DNA of 29,503 bases from a virus. Lineage: Duplodnaviria > Caudoviricetes. The notes below the pieces were generated by a model. It ran no database searches and had not been told where the DNA came from. It worked only from the letters and a program-made list of their open reading frames with translations. The stretch covers positions 1 to 29,503 of IMG/VR virus record IMGVR_UViG_3300038318_000171; one strand, written 5' to 3'. Position numbers and translations under genes: made by a program. This document shows, piece by piece, positions 15,234-23,775 of this stretch; position 1 is the first letter of the stretch, and every line of letters starts with the position of its first letter.

Positions 15234-16615
15234 ACGAATTAATAAAACAAGAATTAGACGGGTTATATGGTCAATCAGTTAATGCTGATATGGCGAATAT
15301 TATTAATTTATATAATTTTTACGAAGGCGAAGGACAAAAATGGGCAACTAATGATGCATTGGACTACATCCCCACAAAAATTAGAACTAACATTACGAAA
15401 AAGCTAATAAACGATCAAGCACGTTTTTTATTTGGCAGAACTCCAGAGTTTGTTATTGACGCTGATGATGGAGATCAAGAAAAAATATTGCAAGCATTTA
15501 TTGATGAAGTTTTAAAAAACAACAACATATCAAAGAAATTACTCAACGCTGCAAAGGATGCTTTTATAGGTAAAAGAGTGGCTATAAAGCTACATGCAGA
15601 TGCAGATACAAAAGAGTTGAAGATATTTTTTAAGCCATCACTTGAGTTTGTTTATGATACAGATATAGACGATACGGATCAACTAACTAAAATCATATTT
15701 TTTTATCAGCTGAATTCAGAAACAGATAAAAATAAACAGCGTATTTGGAAGCAAAAATATGAATTAGTAGACAACAAGTGTATTGTAAACGAAGGTATTT
15801 ACAACGGTTACGGTAAGATACAACAAATAATTAAAGATAACATTGATACAGGTTTAGATTTTATCCCTGCATTTGTAATTGTTAATGGTGGTTTGACTGG
15901 TGATCTTTTAGGTGAGTCTGATATCGCAGAAGATTTACAGGACAACCAGCACGTTTATAATCATCTAAAATCGGATGATATAGATGCATTAAAATTTAAT
16001 ATGTATCCGCAAAAAGCAGCCATTGATGCAGATGAAAAATCATTAGAAAGCCTTGTTATAGCACCTGGGGCATTAATAGATTTACAATCAGCTGATAGTA
16101 ATAAACAAGCAAAATATGAGGTGGTTGAGTCTCAATTTAGCTATGATCAGAGGTTTGAGAATGCTATTAACCGTATTAAAGGCGACATGTATGATAGTCT
16201 ATCAATACCAAATATATCCCTTGAACAATTAAAAGGTCTTATGCAATCGGGTAAGTCAATGAAAGCCTTATATTGGGGCTTGATAAGTCGTTGTGAAGAA
16301 AAGTGGACTACTTGGAGACCAGCATTAGAATGGTTGATTAAATCCATTATCAAACTTGCAAAAGAGTTTAACATAGTAAAATTACCAGATGTAGATTATA
16401 TCGTTGAAGTTGTTAATCTTTATCCAATCATAGAGGATGAAGAACAAGAAAGATCCTTAGATATGGCAGAGGTAGCACAGCAAGTAAGGTCACGTAAAAA
16501 TTATATTAAAAAGTGGGGTATAAACACAAACATTGAAGATGAGCTTAAACAAATAGCAACAGAGCAATCTTTACTACAAGATGCTTTTATACAGTCAATT
16601 GACAGCGAAATATAA
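15230..16615 (+). CDS. Portal protein (SPP1 gp6-like)
   Basis: Position after terL with ATGA overlap; 461 aa; NITKKLIN...FLFG, SGKSMKALY motifs. Confidence 0.85.
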   Translation: MNELIKQELDGLYGQSVNADMANIINLYNFYEGEGQKWATNDALDYIPTKIRTNITKKLINDQARFLFGRTPEFVIDADDGDQEKILQAFIDEVLKNNNISKKLLNAAKDAFIGKRVAIKLHADADTKELKIFFKPSLEFVYDTDIDDTDQLTKIIFFYQLNSETDKNKQRIWKQKYELVDNKCIVNEGIYNGYGKIQQIIKDNIDTGLDFIPAFVIVNGGLTGDLLGESDIAEDLQDNQHVYNHLKSDDIDALKFNMYPQKAAIDADEKSLESLVIAPGALIDLQSADSNKQAKYEVVESQFSYDQRFENAINRIKGDMYDSLSIPNISLEQLKGLMQSGKSMKALYWGLISRCEEKWTTWRPALEWLIKSIIKLAKEFNIVKLPDVDYIVEVVNLYPIIEDEEQERSLDMAEVAQQVRSRKNYIKKWGINTNIEDELKQIATEQSLLQDAFIQSIDSEI

Positions 16616-16631
16616 GGGCAGGTGATGCTAA

Positions 16632-18245
16632 TTGAGTACAAACAATGAATATTTAAAGTTGGTTAAACTTGCCCGCAAAAACCAATTAAAACTACTAAAA
16701 AAGGATTACATAACCATCCGCAACATTTATAAAGATGCAAGTCAATCTTTACTGGTTAAAGCCACAAAAGCTAATGCAGGTACATTGACAGAGAGATTTT
16801 TAACAGATTACCGTAAACAGATAAACCTTACAATCAATGACATTAATAAGCAATTATCTAAAACCATTAAATCTGATATGTTACAGTCAGCACAATTAGC
16901 CACAGGCATACAAATATCATTCTTTGATTTGTTAGATGATCGCTTTAACATTGGCTTAGACAACCGCTTTTTATCTGTATTCTCTAAAACACCGGATAAC
17001 GTAATATCCCATCTTACATCAGGTAATTTTTATAAAGATGGTAAAGGATTGTCTGAAAGAATATGGTTTACTAACCAAAAAGTAAACGGTGATATTGATT
17101 ACATAATAAAAAAAGCAATTGTAGAAAAAAAATCAGCATTTGAATTAGCAAAAGACTTAGAAACATATGTTAATCCTTCAGCAGCTAAATCATTCGAATG
17201 GCGTAAAGTATATCCAAATGCAGGTAATAAGCAAATAGATTTTAACGCTCAAAGGTTAGCAAGGACATCAATTAATCATTCATATTTCTTATCAAATGTT
17301 GAATCCTGCAATAAAAACCCATATGTTAAAGCTATGCATTGGCAACTATCTAATGAGCATTATAACAGGCAAGTACAACATTTTGGCGAAGATATATGTG
17401 ATGAATATGCTAATCAGGATAACTATGGTTTAGGCAAAGGTAACTTCCCAAAAGATCAGCTACCTCTACCCCATCCGCAATGTTTGTGTGTGCAATATGC
17501 AGTTATCCCTAAGTCATTAGATGAAATTGCTACAGAACTAAAAGATTATGTTGATAATGGTGACAATCAGGATATTGACGAATTTATTAAGACAAAATCA
17601 AAAAAATCTGATATAATAGATTTAACAACAGAGCCATATAAACAATTAATACCAAATATATCAAACGACTTTGCACAAGGCTTATATAACACTCACCAAG
17701 ATGTATTACAGCATGGTTTAACAACCGGGAATGAAAAAATAGCATTGGTTAACATGGCAGGTAAAAAGGTATTTAAAGCTTTAACAGGATCAAAAAACGA
17801 AGTTGTATTTACTCCTGAATTTATTGATTACTTGAATAATGCAGATGCTGAAAGTTTAGCGTTAGTACATAATCATCCATCATCTAGCTGTTTAAGTAGT
17901 GCTGATTTGTCTATTGTTAATAAATATGATTGTGTTAAATACATGACCGTTGAGGGTCATGATGGCACTAAATATATGGTTGGTAACAACGGTAATACAG
18001 TCTCAAATTTTGATTTATATAACAAACATAATGATTACAATAATAAATATTTTGATTATTTTAATGAAGAAGTTAATTATAATAATATGGATCAAAAAAT
18101 AGCGTGGAAAGAGCATAGCCATTATATTTTAACTGATTTAGCTAAAGAGTTTAATTGGATTTACAACCGTATTATAACCGAACAGTATAAACCAATAGCT
18201 GAAAAGATAGCAGAAGGTTTAAGAAAGGCAGGTTTAATAAAATGA
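16632..18245 (+). CDS. Minor head morphogenesis (MuF-like) protein with C-terminal JAB/MPN-like extension
   Basis: LSERIW, RLARTSINHSY, CD, PHPQCLC MuF-type motifs; C-terminal TGNE...VHNHPSSSCLSSAD. Confidence 0.8.
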   Translation: MSTNNEYLKLVKLARKNQLKLLKKDYITIRNIYKDASQSLLVKATKANAGTLTERFLTDYRKQINLTINDINKQLSKTIKSDMLQSAQLATGIQISFFDLLDDRFNIGLDNRFLSVFSKTPDNVISHLTSGNFYKDGKGLSERIWFTNQKVNGDIDYIIKKAIVEKKSAFELAKDLETYVNPSAAKSFEWRKVYPNAGNKQIDFNAQRLARTSINHSYFLSNVESCNKNPYVKAMHWQLSNEHYNRQVQHFGEDICDEYANQDNYGLGKGNFPKDQLPLPHPQCLCVQYAVIPKSLDEIATELKDYVDNGDNQDIDEFIKTKSKKSDIIDLTTEPYKQLIPNISNDFAQGLYNTHQDVLQHGLTTGNEKIALVNMAGKKVFKALTGSKNEVVFTPEFIDYLNNADAESLALVHNHPSSSCLSSADLSIVNKYDCVKYMTVEGHDGTKYMVGNNGNTVSNFDLYNKHNDYNNKYFDYFNEEVNYNNMDQKIAWKEHSHYILTDLAKEFNWIYNRIITEQYKPIAEKIAEGLRKAGLIK

Positions 18246-18409
18246 GTGTAAAAGAAAAATCTAATAAAAAACCTGATACCGATAATAAAAAAATCGGCTT
18301 ACTATATGATGATGATGCTTTAATGCCGGATTACACTAAATCGTGGGAAGAAAATCTTAAAATCATTAAAGAAAAGCAAGCTGAACAATTAGAACAATTC
18401 GAAAAATAA
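18242..18409 (+). CDS. Small protein coupled to MuF (55 aa, candidate immunity; not in ORF track)
   Basis: ATGA overlap with MuF stop; MSVKEKSNKKPDTDNKKIGLLYDDDALMPDYTKSWEENLKIIKEKQAEQLEQFEK. Confidence 0.55.
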   Translation: MSVKEKSNKKPDTDNKKIGLLYDDDALMPDYTKSWEENLKIIKEKQAEQLEQFEK

Positions 18410-18455
18410 CCAAAAACTAAAAATTAAATAACAAAATTAACCAATCATATCAATC

Positions 18456-18482
18456 AGGACTGTTTAAATAACAGTCTTTTTT
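18456..18482 (+). terminator. Intrinsic terminator
   Basis: AGGACTGTT/AACAGTCTT plus T-run. Confidence 0.65.
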
Positions 18483-18581
18483 ATTGGTCGTTTTAGTATT
18501 GTCGACTATAAAAAACAAGCGTTTATGTGTGGAGGGTTACACACTCAAAAAACCAATAAACAAGATAAGGAGAGTTTTAAA

Positions 18582-19139
18582 ATGGCAGAATTGAAAGAAA
18601 TTTTAGGCGAAGAGTTGTTTAATCAAGTTAACACAAAATTAGGAGATACAAAAATTGCAATTGTTTCTGATGGCAATTGGATACCCAAAGATAAATTTAA
18701 TGCTTTGAACGAAGAAAAAAAGCAATATAAAACACAGGTTGATACTTTAAATACTGATCTAACGAAACTAAAAGATCAATTAGGTGACAGCACAAAAGCA
18801 CAGGAGACTATAACAAATCTTCAAACACAAATTGCCGAAAATGAAACAAAAATGCTTAATCTGAAAAAAGAAACGGCAATTAAAATAGCAGTATCTAAGG
18901 CTAAAGCAAAAGATGTATCGGATATTATCCCCCATCTTAAAACAGATAGCATTATTTTATCTGATGATGGCACTATTGCAGGGCTTGACGAACAACTCAC
19001 AAAAATTAAAGAAACTAAAGCCTATCTCTTTGACGAAGAAAAAAAGGATTTAGGCAACAAAGGTAATTTTGGTAAAGGTAATAATAATACCGAACCAGAA
19101 AATTTAGCAGATGCTATAAAACAATATTATAGCAAATAA
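18582..19139 (+). CDS. Capsid scaffolding protein (GP20-like)
   Basis: RBS AAGGAG before ATG 18582; LKEILGEEL, WIPKDKF, coiled coil, GLDEQL..IKE..AYLF. Confidence 0.85.
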   Translation: MAELKEILGEELFNQVNTKLGDTKIAIVSDGNWIPKDKFNALNEEKKQYKTQVDTLNTDLTKLKDQLGDSTKAQETITNLQTQIAENETKMLNLKKETAIKIAVSKAKAKDVSDIIPHLKTDSIILSDDGTIAGLDEQLTKIKETKAYLFDEEKKDLGNKGNFGKGNNNTEPENLADAIKQYYSK

Positions 19140-19184
19140 CAAGCAACAACATTTTTTATTTTAGAAAGGTAAAGGTGAATTAAT

Positions 19185-20141
19185 ATGGCAGTTAGTTTAG
19201 CACAAGCAAAATTAAACGCACAGGATAAAGTAGTAGCAAATGTAATCGATGAATTCAGAAAGAGTAATTTTCTCTTTGATAACATGATTTTTGATGATTG
19301 TGTAAGTCCTTCAGGTGGAGGGTCTACCCTTACATATGGTTATACCAGAGTAGTAACACAACCGACAGCAGCTTTTAGAGCAGTAAACAACGAGTTTCAG
19401 GCGCAAGAAGCACAGAAACAAAGATATACCACAGATTTAAAGATCTTTGGTGGATCTTTTGCTATTGACAGAGTTATATCCGACATGTCCGGCATAATTG
19501 ACGAGGTATCGTTTCAGACAAATCAAAAGGTTAAGGCAGCCGCAGCTTTGTTTAACGACACCTGCATTAATGGCGATAGTGCTATTGATGCTGATGCATT
19601 TGATGGTCTTGAAAAGGCAATTACAGGAAGCAGCACTGAATATATCCCAAATGCTAATATAGTTTTAGATACATCTGCAAATGTAACAGCTAATTATATG
19701 GCATTTTTAGATCAACTTGATGAATTTTTATCAGGTCTTGACGGAGTACCTTCTTGCATTGCAGGTAACACAAAACTTATTAGCAAACTTAGAGCAGTTG
19801 CACGTAGAGCAGGTATGTATTCAACAATCGAAAACACTTTTAACCAAAAAATTGAATTGTACGGTAATGTACCTTTTGTTGATCTTGGTACTAAAGCAGG
19901 TAGTAATGCTCCAGTAGTTGGTATAGATGGAGCAACAGGTCTTACGTCTCTTTATGCAATCAGACTTGGTTTAGATGGTTTTCACGCCGTAAGTCTAAAA
20001 GGTGAATCTCCTGTTAAAATTTGGTTGCCTGATTATAGTACAGCAGGAGCGGTTAAGACAGGTGAGGTTGAGTTAGTAGCAGCCGTTGTACTTAAAGCTA
20101 CAAAAGCCGCAGGAATAATGAGAAACATTAAAGTACAATAA
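19185..20141 (+). CDS. Major capsid protein
   Basis: Position after scaffold; AAFRAVN, LKIFGGSFAIDRV, INGD, FDGL. Confidence 0.88.
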   Translation: MAVSLAQAKLNAQDKVVANVIDEFRKSNFLFDNMIFDDCVSPSGGGSTLTYGYTRVVTQPTAAFRAVNNEFQAQEAQKQRYTTDLKIFGGSFAIDRVISDMSGIIDEVSFQTNQKVKAAAALFNDTCINGDSAIDADAFDGLEKAITGSSTEYIPNANIVLDTSANVTANYMAFLDQLDEFLSGLDGVPSCIAGNTKLISKLRAVARRAGMYSTIENTFNQKIELYGNVPFVDLGTKAGSNAPVVGIDGATGLTSLYAIRLGLDGFHAVSLKGESPVKIWLPDYSTAGAVKTGEVELVAAVVLKATKAAGIMRNIKVQ

Positions 20142-20148
20142 ATTTAAT

Positions 20149-20194
20149 TATCTATAGTGTAGATGGTTTTTTAAAGCCATTTACACTATAGATA
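20149..20194. terminator. Long hairpin after capsid gene (stabiliser or terminator)
   Basis: TATCTATAGTGTAGATGGTTTT/AAAGCCATTTACACTATAGATA with G-U pairs; no U-tail. Confidence 0.5.
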
Positions 20195-20217
20195 CAAAAT
20201 AGAAAGGATGATATAAT

Positions 20218-20793
20218 ATGGCAAGAATTTATAGCATAAATGAAAACCATAATTGTGATTATGGAGTTGATTTTTATAACGGAGCCGCAGCAGTGCCTGA
20301 TGCAGATACTAACACTATTACATGGTTTACGCATCAAAATTATATAGTTGTACCCGGATCGGATACTTTATCACCTTGGGATTATTTGACCAAAACAGAA
20401 TTATCAACATTTGCACCATATGCAGGTATTGATCCCACAGGTATGAGTAAAGCTGTTTTAGTAGCAGCGATAGAAACCGCATTAATTACTTTAATGAAGA
20501 TTGAAATTACTGCATTTGATGCTATTGCTGATATTGACGGTGGAACAATTGCAGAGCCTACATATGCAGATGCAACAGCAGTAAAGGCAGTATTACCCGT
20601 TTATGTAACCGCTACTTTTGCTAATGGATCAAAAGCTACCGTACCTGTTACAGCATGGGTAGATACAGATACTTATAGTGCAGCAGCCGCAGCCAAATAT
20701 ACATTTACAGCTACATTAGGTGATCTACCTCTACCTTTTGCTAATACAGCAAGCGTAACCGCAACAGTAGACGTAGAAGTTAAAGCTAAATAA
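20218..20793 (+). CDS. Putative head decoration protein with HeH segment and C-terminal Ig-like domain
   Basis: C-terminal LPVYVTATFANGSKATVPVTAW...YTFTATL...ATVDVEV resembles bacterial Ig-like group 4. Confidence 0.65.
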   Translation: MARIYSINENHNCDYGVDFYNGAAAVPDADTNTITWFTHQNYIVVPGSDTLSPWDYLTKTELSTFAPYAGIDPTGMSKAVLVAAIETALITLMKIEITAFDAIADIDGGTIAEPTYADATAVKAVLPVYVTATFANGSKATVPVTAWVDTDTYSAAAAAKYTFTATLGDLPLPFANTASVTATVDVEVKAK

Positions 20794-20799
20794 GGATAG

Positions 20800-21153
20800 G
20801 TGATAACATTGGCAAAAATATATAGTCCGAACAAAGATTACAATGGTATTTCTGCTAATGTTCTTTTTGTTAATGGGGTGGGGGAGACAAATATCCCTCA
20901 CCTTATTAATTGGTTTAAAGAACATGGGTATACCGTTAAATACGATGCAGAAGAGTTAAATATTCCAGTACCTAAAGATAATGATTCTGATTTAGATCCT
21001 ATACCAGAAAATAATGAAATTGAAAATAAAATTACTGATTATGCCGAAATGGATTTTCAATCATTAAAATCATTAGCAAGTGAAAAAGGTATAAACACAT
21101 ACAGGATGAAGAAAGCAGAAATAATTAACGAACTCCAACGATTGGAGGGATAA
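20800..21153 (+). CDS. Head-associated protein with Rho-N/HeH-like C-terminus
   Basis: KIYSPNKDYNG...F.NGVGET N-domain; MDFQSLKSLASEKGI...KKAEII. Confidence 0.65.
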   Translation: MITLAKIYSPNKDYNGISANVLFVNGVGETNIPHLINWFKEHGYTVKYDAEELNIPVPKDNDSDLDPIPENNEIENKITDYAEMDFQSLKSLASEKGINTYRMKKAEIINELQRLEG

Positions 21154-21156
21154 CAT

Positions 21157-21426
21157 ATGACAGCACTAGAAGAACTAAAATTTAATCTAAGAGAATCTAC
21201 ATATCCTTATTTTTCAGATGATGAACTTAACTTTATGCTAGAAAAATATGATAACGATATTGATCTTACAACTTATCACGCAGCCACAATAAAGGCAGAA
21301 ATAGACGAAGTACATTTACCAAATGGCTTATCGATTGCAAATAGCAGAGATTATTTTTTATCTATTGCAAAGAAGTTTAGACCAAGTAGATCACAAAGCC
21401 TTAGAAGGGCAGATGATATTTTATGA
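21157..21426 (+). CDS. Head-tail adaptor/connector
   Basis: ALEELKFNLRE...PYFSDDEL; synteny. Confidence 0.65.
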   Translation: MTALEELKFNLRESTYPYFSDDELNFMLEKYDNDIDLTTYHAATIKAEIDEVHLPNGLSIANSRDYFLSIAKKFRPSRSQSLRRADDIL

Positions 21427-21770
21427 ATACCGAAAGAATAAAGCAAAGAATCCAACAGCAAATTAAAAAAATGCCTACGTCAATTACTTTTTACAGAAAT
21501 AAAAAAAATGATTTTGGTGAACCAGACAGAAAAACAGAAGTAACTACTATTGAAGCTTTGTATTATACCAAAACAAGCAGGATAAATCTTAACACTAATG
21601 ATGCAGGTGTTATTAAAACAGGCTATGTTGAGTTTTTGTTAACTATTGATGATAACGTATCACTTCTCAAATCCAACGACTTTTTTACTTTTAAAAATAT
21701 CAAATATAAAATTGCTAAAATCTTTAACAATTATGACACCTTTTATGACATCCAATTAGAGAGGGTGTGA
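21423..21770 (+). CDS. Putative head closure protein
   Basis: Synteny; beta-rich; NDFGEP motif. Confidence 0.55.
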   Translation: MNTERIKQRIQQQIKKMPTSITFYRNKKNDFGEPDRKTEVTTIEALYYTKTSRINLNTNDAGVIKTGYVEFLLTIDDNVSLLKSNDFFTFKNIKYKIAKIFNNYDTFYDIQLERV

Positions 21771-22123
21771 TTGTTATGGGAGATTTTAAAATTGATGCAA
21801 ATAAATTATTAAAAGGCTTATCCGAAGTAGACGAACGCAGAAAAAAGGCAATTGATAGATATGCTGATGCAGCCGCAAAAAAACTTGAAGCTGAAGCTAA
21901 GAAAGAAGCGAAATGGACAGACAGAACTGGTTTAGCAAGACAAACAATATCAAGTGGTAAACAGTGGGAGGATGATAAATGCAATATTTATGTTGCAGGA
22001 AATCAGGAGTATTCGCCTTATCTTGAATTTTGTAACGAGAAAAAATATGCAATTTTATATCCAACAATTTTAAAACTGCAAAACGAAATTATTCAAGGTA
22101 TGAACAAAATATTAGAAAAGTAA
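21767..22123 (+). CDS. Neck/tail completion protein (HK97 gp10-like)
   Basis: AKWTDRTGLARQ...YSPYLEF motif. Confidence 0.75.
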   Translation: MIVMGDFKIDANKLLKGLSEVDERRKKAIDRYADAAAKKLEAEAKKEAKWTDRTGLARQTISSGKQWEDDKCNIYVAGNQEYSPYLEFCNEKKYAILYPTILKLQNEIIQGMNKILEK

Positions 22124-22135
22124 GGGAGGGATCAT

Positions 22136-22474
22136 ATGTGGCAAAATATTTATTTGCATCTTAAAAATAAAGGTATTGACGTTTACAGCATCGGACAAAA
22201 ACAAGGGCTATGTAATGATCCCTATGTAGTTGTAAAAGAATCAGGACAGTACCCTTTAAGTAGTAATAAACAAGGTTATGATCTAGTAGATATTATTATA
22301 TTTTATCCAGTTGGCAGTTATAGCCAATTGTTTAGCTATAAAAATGATATAAAAAATTATTTAGCAGAACTTAAATATTTGCGCAAAACTGGTAACGAAA
22401 CACCTGTAATTATTGATGATGAGGTTAAAGGTTATACAACTTCAGTCGAATATCAAGTGTTAAAAAAATTTTGA
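22136..22474 (+). CDS. Putative tail terminator
   Basis: Synteny; PYVVV motif. Confidence 0.6.
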   Translation: MWQNIYLHLKNKGIDVYSIGQKQGLCNDPYVVVKESGQYPLSSNKQGYDLVDIIIFYPVGSYSQLFSYKNDIKNYLAELKYLRKTGNETPVIIDDEVKGYTTSVEYQVLKKF

Positions 22475-22503
22475 ACTAGAAAAAAAGAGAGGATGATCAT
22501 AAT

Positions 22504-23046
22504 ATGGCAGAATTTAACGAATACAGTTTAGCTAATATAGCAAGAGTTGATATCGAGACAGAAGAAACCACTCCTGTTACATATACTTTAGTTAATGTTG
22601 CTGATGAAGCAACAATTGAAGCTTTTATATCTGAGGGCGAAGAAAAAGAATTAAGAGTTAAAAATGTAATCAAAGCACAACTAAAAACAGAAGATATTGT
22701 AAAAGGTTATAACATTAAACTTAACAGTGTTACAATGCAGCCTGAAATTTTAGCCTTAGTTGATGGTGGCACTTGGGATATTGCGACTAAAAAATATACC
22801 GCTCCTGTAATCGGTACACCTGTGACCAAAACACCATTTACACTAAAAGTTTATACAGAGGATAAAGACGCAGATGGATCAAACAGTGGGTATGTTGTAT
22901 TTAGTTTTAAACATTGTACTGGTAAACCCGTTAATTATAGTATTAAAGATGGGGAGTTTTTTGTTGAAGAACTTAACGCAATTAGTAGACCAAAATTTGG
23001 TGGGTCACCTGTTGAATTTGAGTATATTGAAACACTACCTGTTTAA
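22504..23046 (+). CDS. Major tail (tube) protein
   Basis: Synteny; 180 aa acidic and beta-rich; PEILALVDGG, F.HC.GKP. Confidence 0.75.
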   Translation: MAEFNEYSLANIARVDIETEETTPVTYTLVNVADEATIEAFISEGEEKELRVKNVIKAQLKTEDIVKGYNIKLNSVTMQPEILALVDGGTWDIATKKYTAPVIGTPVTKTPFTLKVYTEDKDADGSNSGYVVFSFKHCTGKPVNYSIKDGEFFVEELNAISRPKFGGSPVEFEYIETLPV

Positions 23047-23086
23047 TTAAGCAGGTAATTTTATTTTTTAAAGGGAGGATTTATAA

Positions 23087-23470
23087 ATGAGTATAAATAT
23101 TGATGATTTTAGAAATAAAGCACTTAAAGAAATTGATATACCCGGCTTTTTTGATGGTGACGAACCTATCAAAATAAAGGTTAAAAAACCATCTATGATG
23201 GCTATGATGGCACAGGGTAAGATCCCAAATACTCTAATGGATGCTGCAACACAATTAACAGGCGAAAACAAAAATATTAAACCTGAAAATATTAATTTAA
23301 ACGATGATAGTTTACAAGAGATTGGTAAATTAATGGAGCTATACTGTATAGCCTGTATGGTTGAGCCAACATACGAAGATATAAAAGATATTATGACAGA
23401 TGAGCAAATAACAAAAATATTTGAATTTGCAACTGGGGGCGGCGAAAAGCTTAAATCCTTTCGTAAATAA
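23087..23470 (+). CDS. Tail assembly chaperone (gpG-like)
   Basis: Between tail tube and tape measure; ends LKSFRK. Confidence 0.75.
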   Translation: MSINIDDFRNKALKEIDIPGFFDGDEPIKIKVKKPSMMAMMAQGKIPNTLMDAATQLTGENKNIKPENINLNDDSLQEIGKLMELYCIACMVEPTYEDIKDIMTDEQITKIFEFATGGGEKLKSFRK

Positions 23471-23729
23471 TCCACAAATAGTTGATGTAATCTGTATGGC
23501 AGAGCAATATAAAAAAAGACCGTCAGAGATCGTTTTTATTGACGAAGAGTATTCAGCATTCTGTTTTGATCAAGTTTGCTTATATCTTTTAAATTATTGC
23601 ACTGATTTAAAAACAGGTGAGATCAATTTTAAAAAGCTAAGATTTAAAAACAAAAATCAAAACAACAGCAACTCAAATAATGATTTTATGAACCATATAC
23701 AAAAACAAAACCAAAAACAGAGAAGGTAG
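23460..23729 (+). CDS. Tail chaperone extension (gpT-like), probably reached by +1 frameshift
   Basis: Open +1 frame from TCC TTT CGT at 23456-23464; RPSEI...EYSAFCFD; no convincing RBS of its own. Confidence 0.65.
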   Translation, partial: FVNNPQIVDVICMAEQYKKRPSEIVFIDEEYSAFCFDQVCLYLLNYCTDLKTGEINFKKLRFKNKNQNNSNSNNDFMNHIQKQNQKQRR

Positions 23730-23748
23730 AACACCTACCTTCTTTTTA
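23721..23748 (+). terminator. Terminator/anti-RBS hairpin before tape measure gene
   Basis: AGAAGGTAG/CTACCTTCT plus T-run. Confidence 0.5.
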
Positions 23749-23775
23749 TTTTGCAAAAAAGGTAGGTGAAAACAT

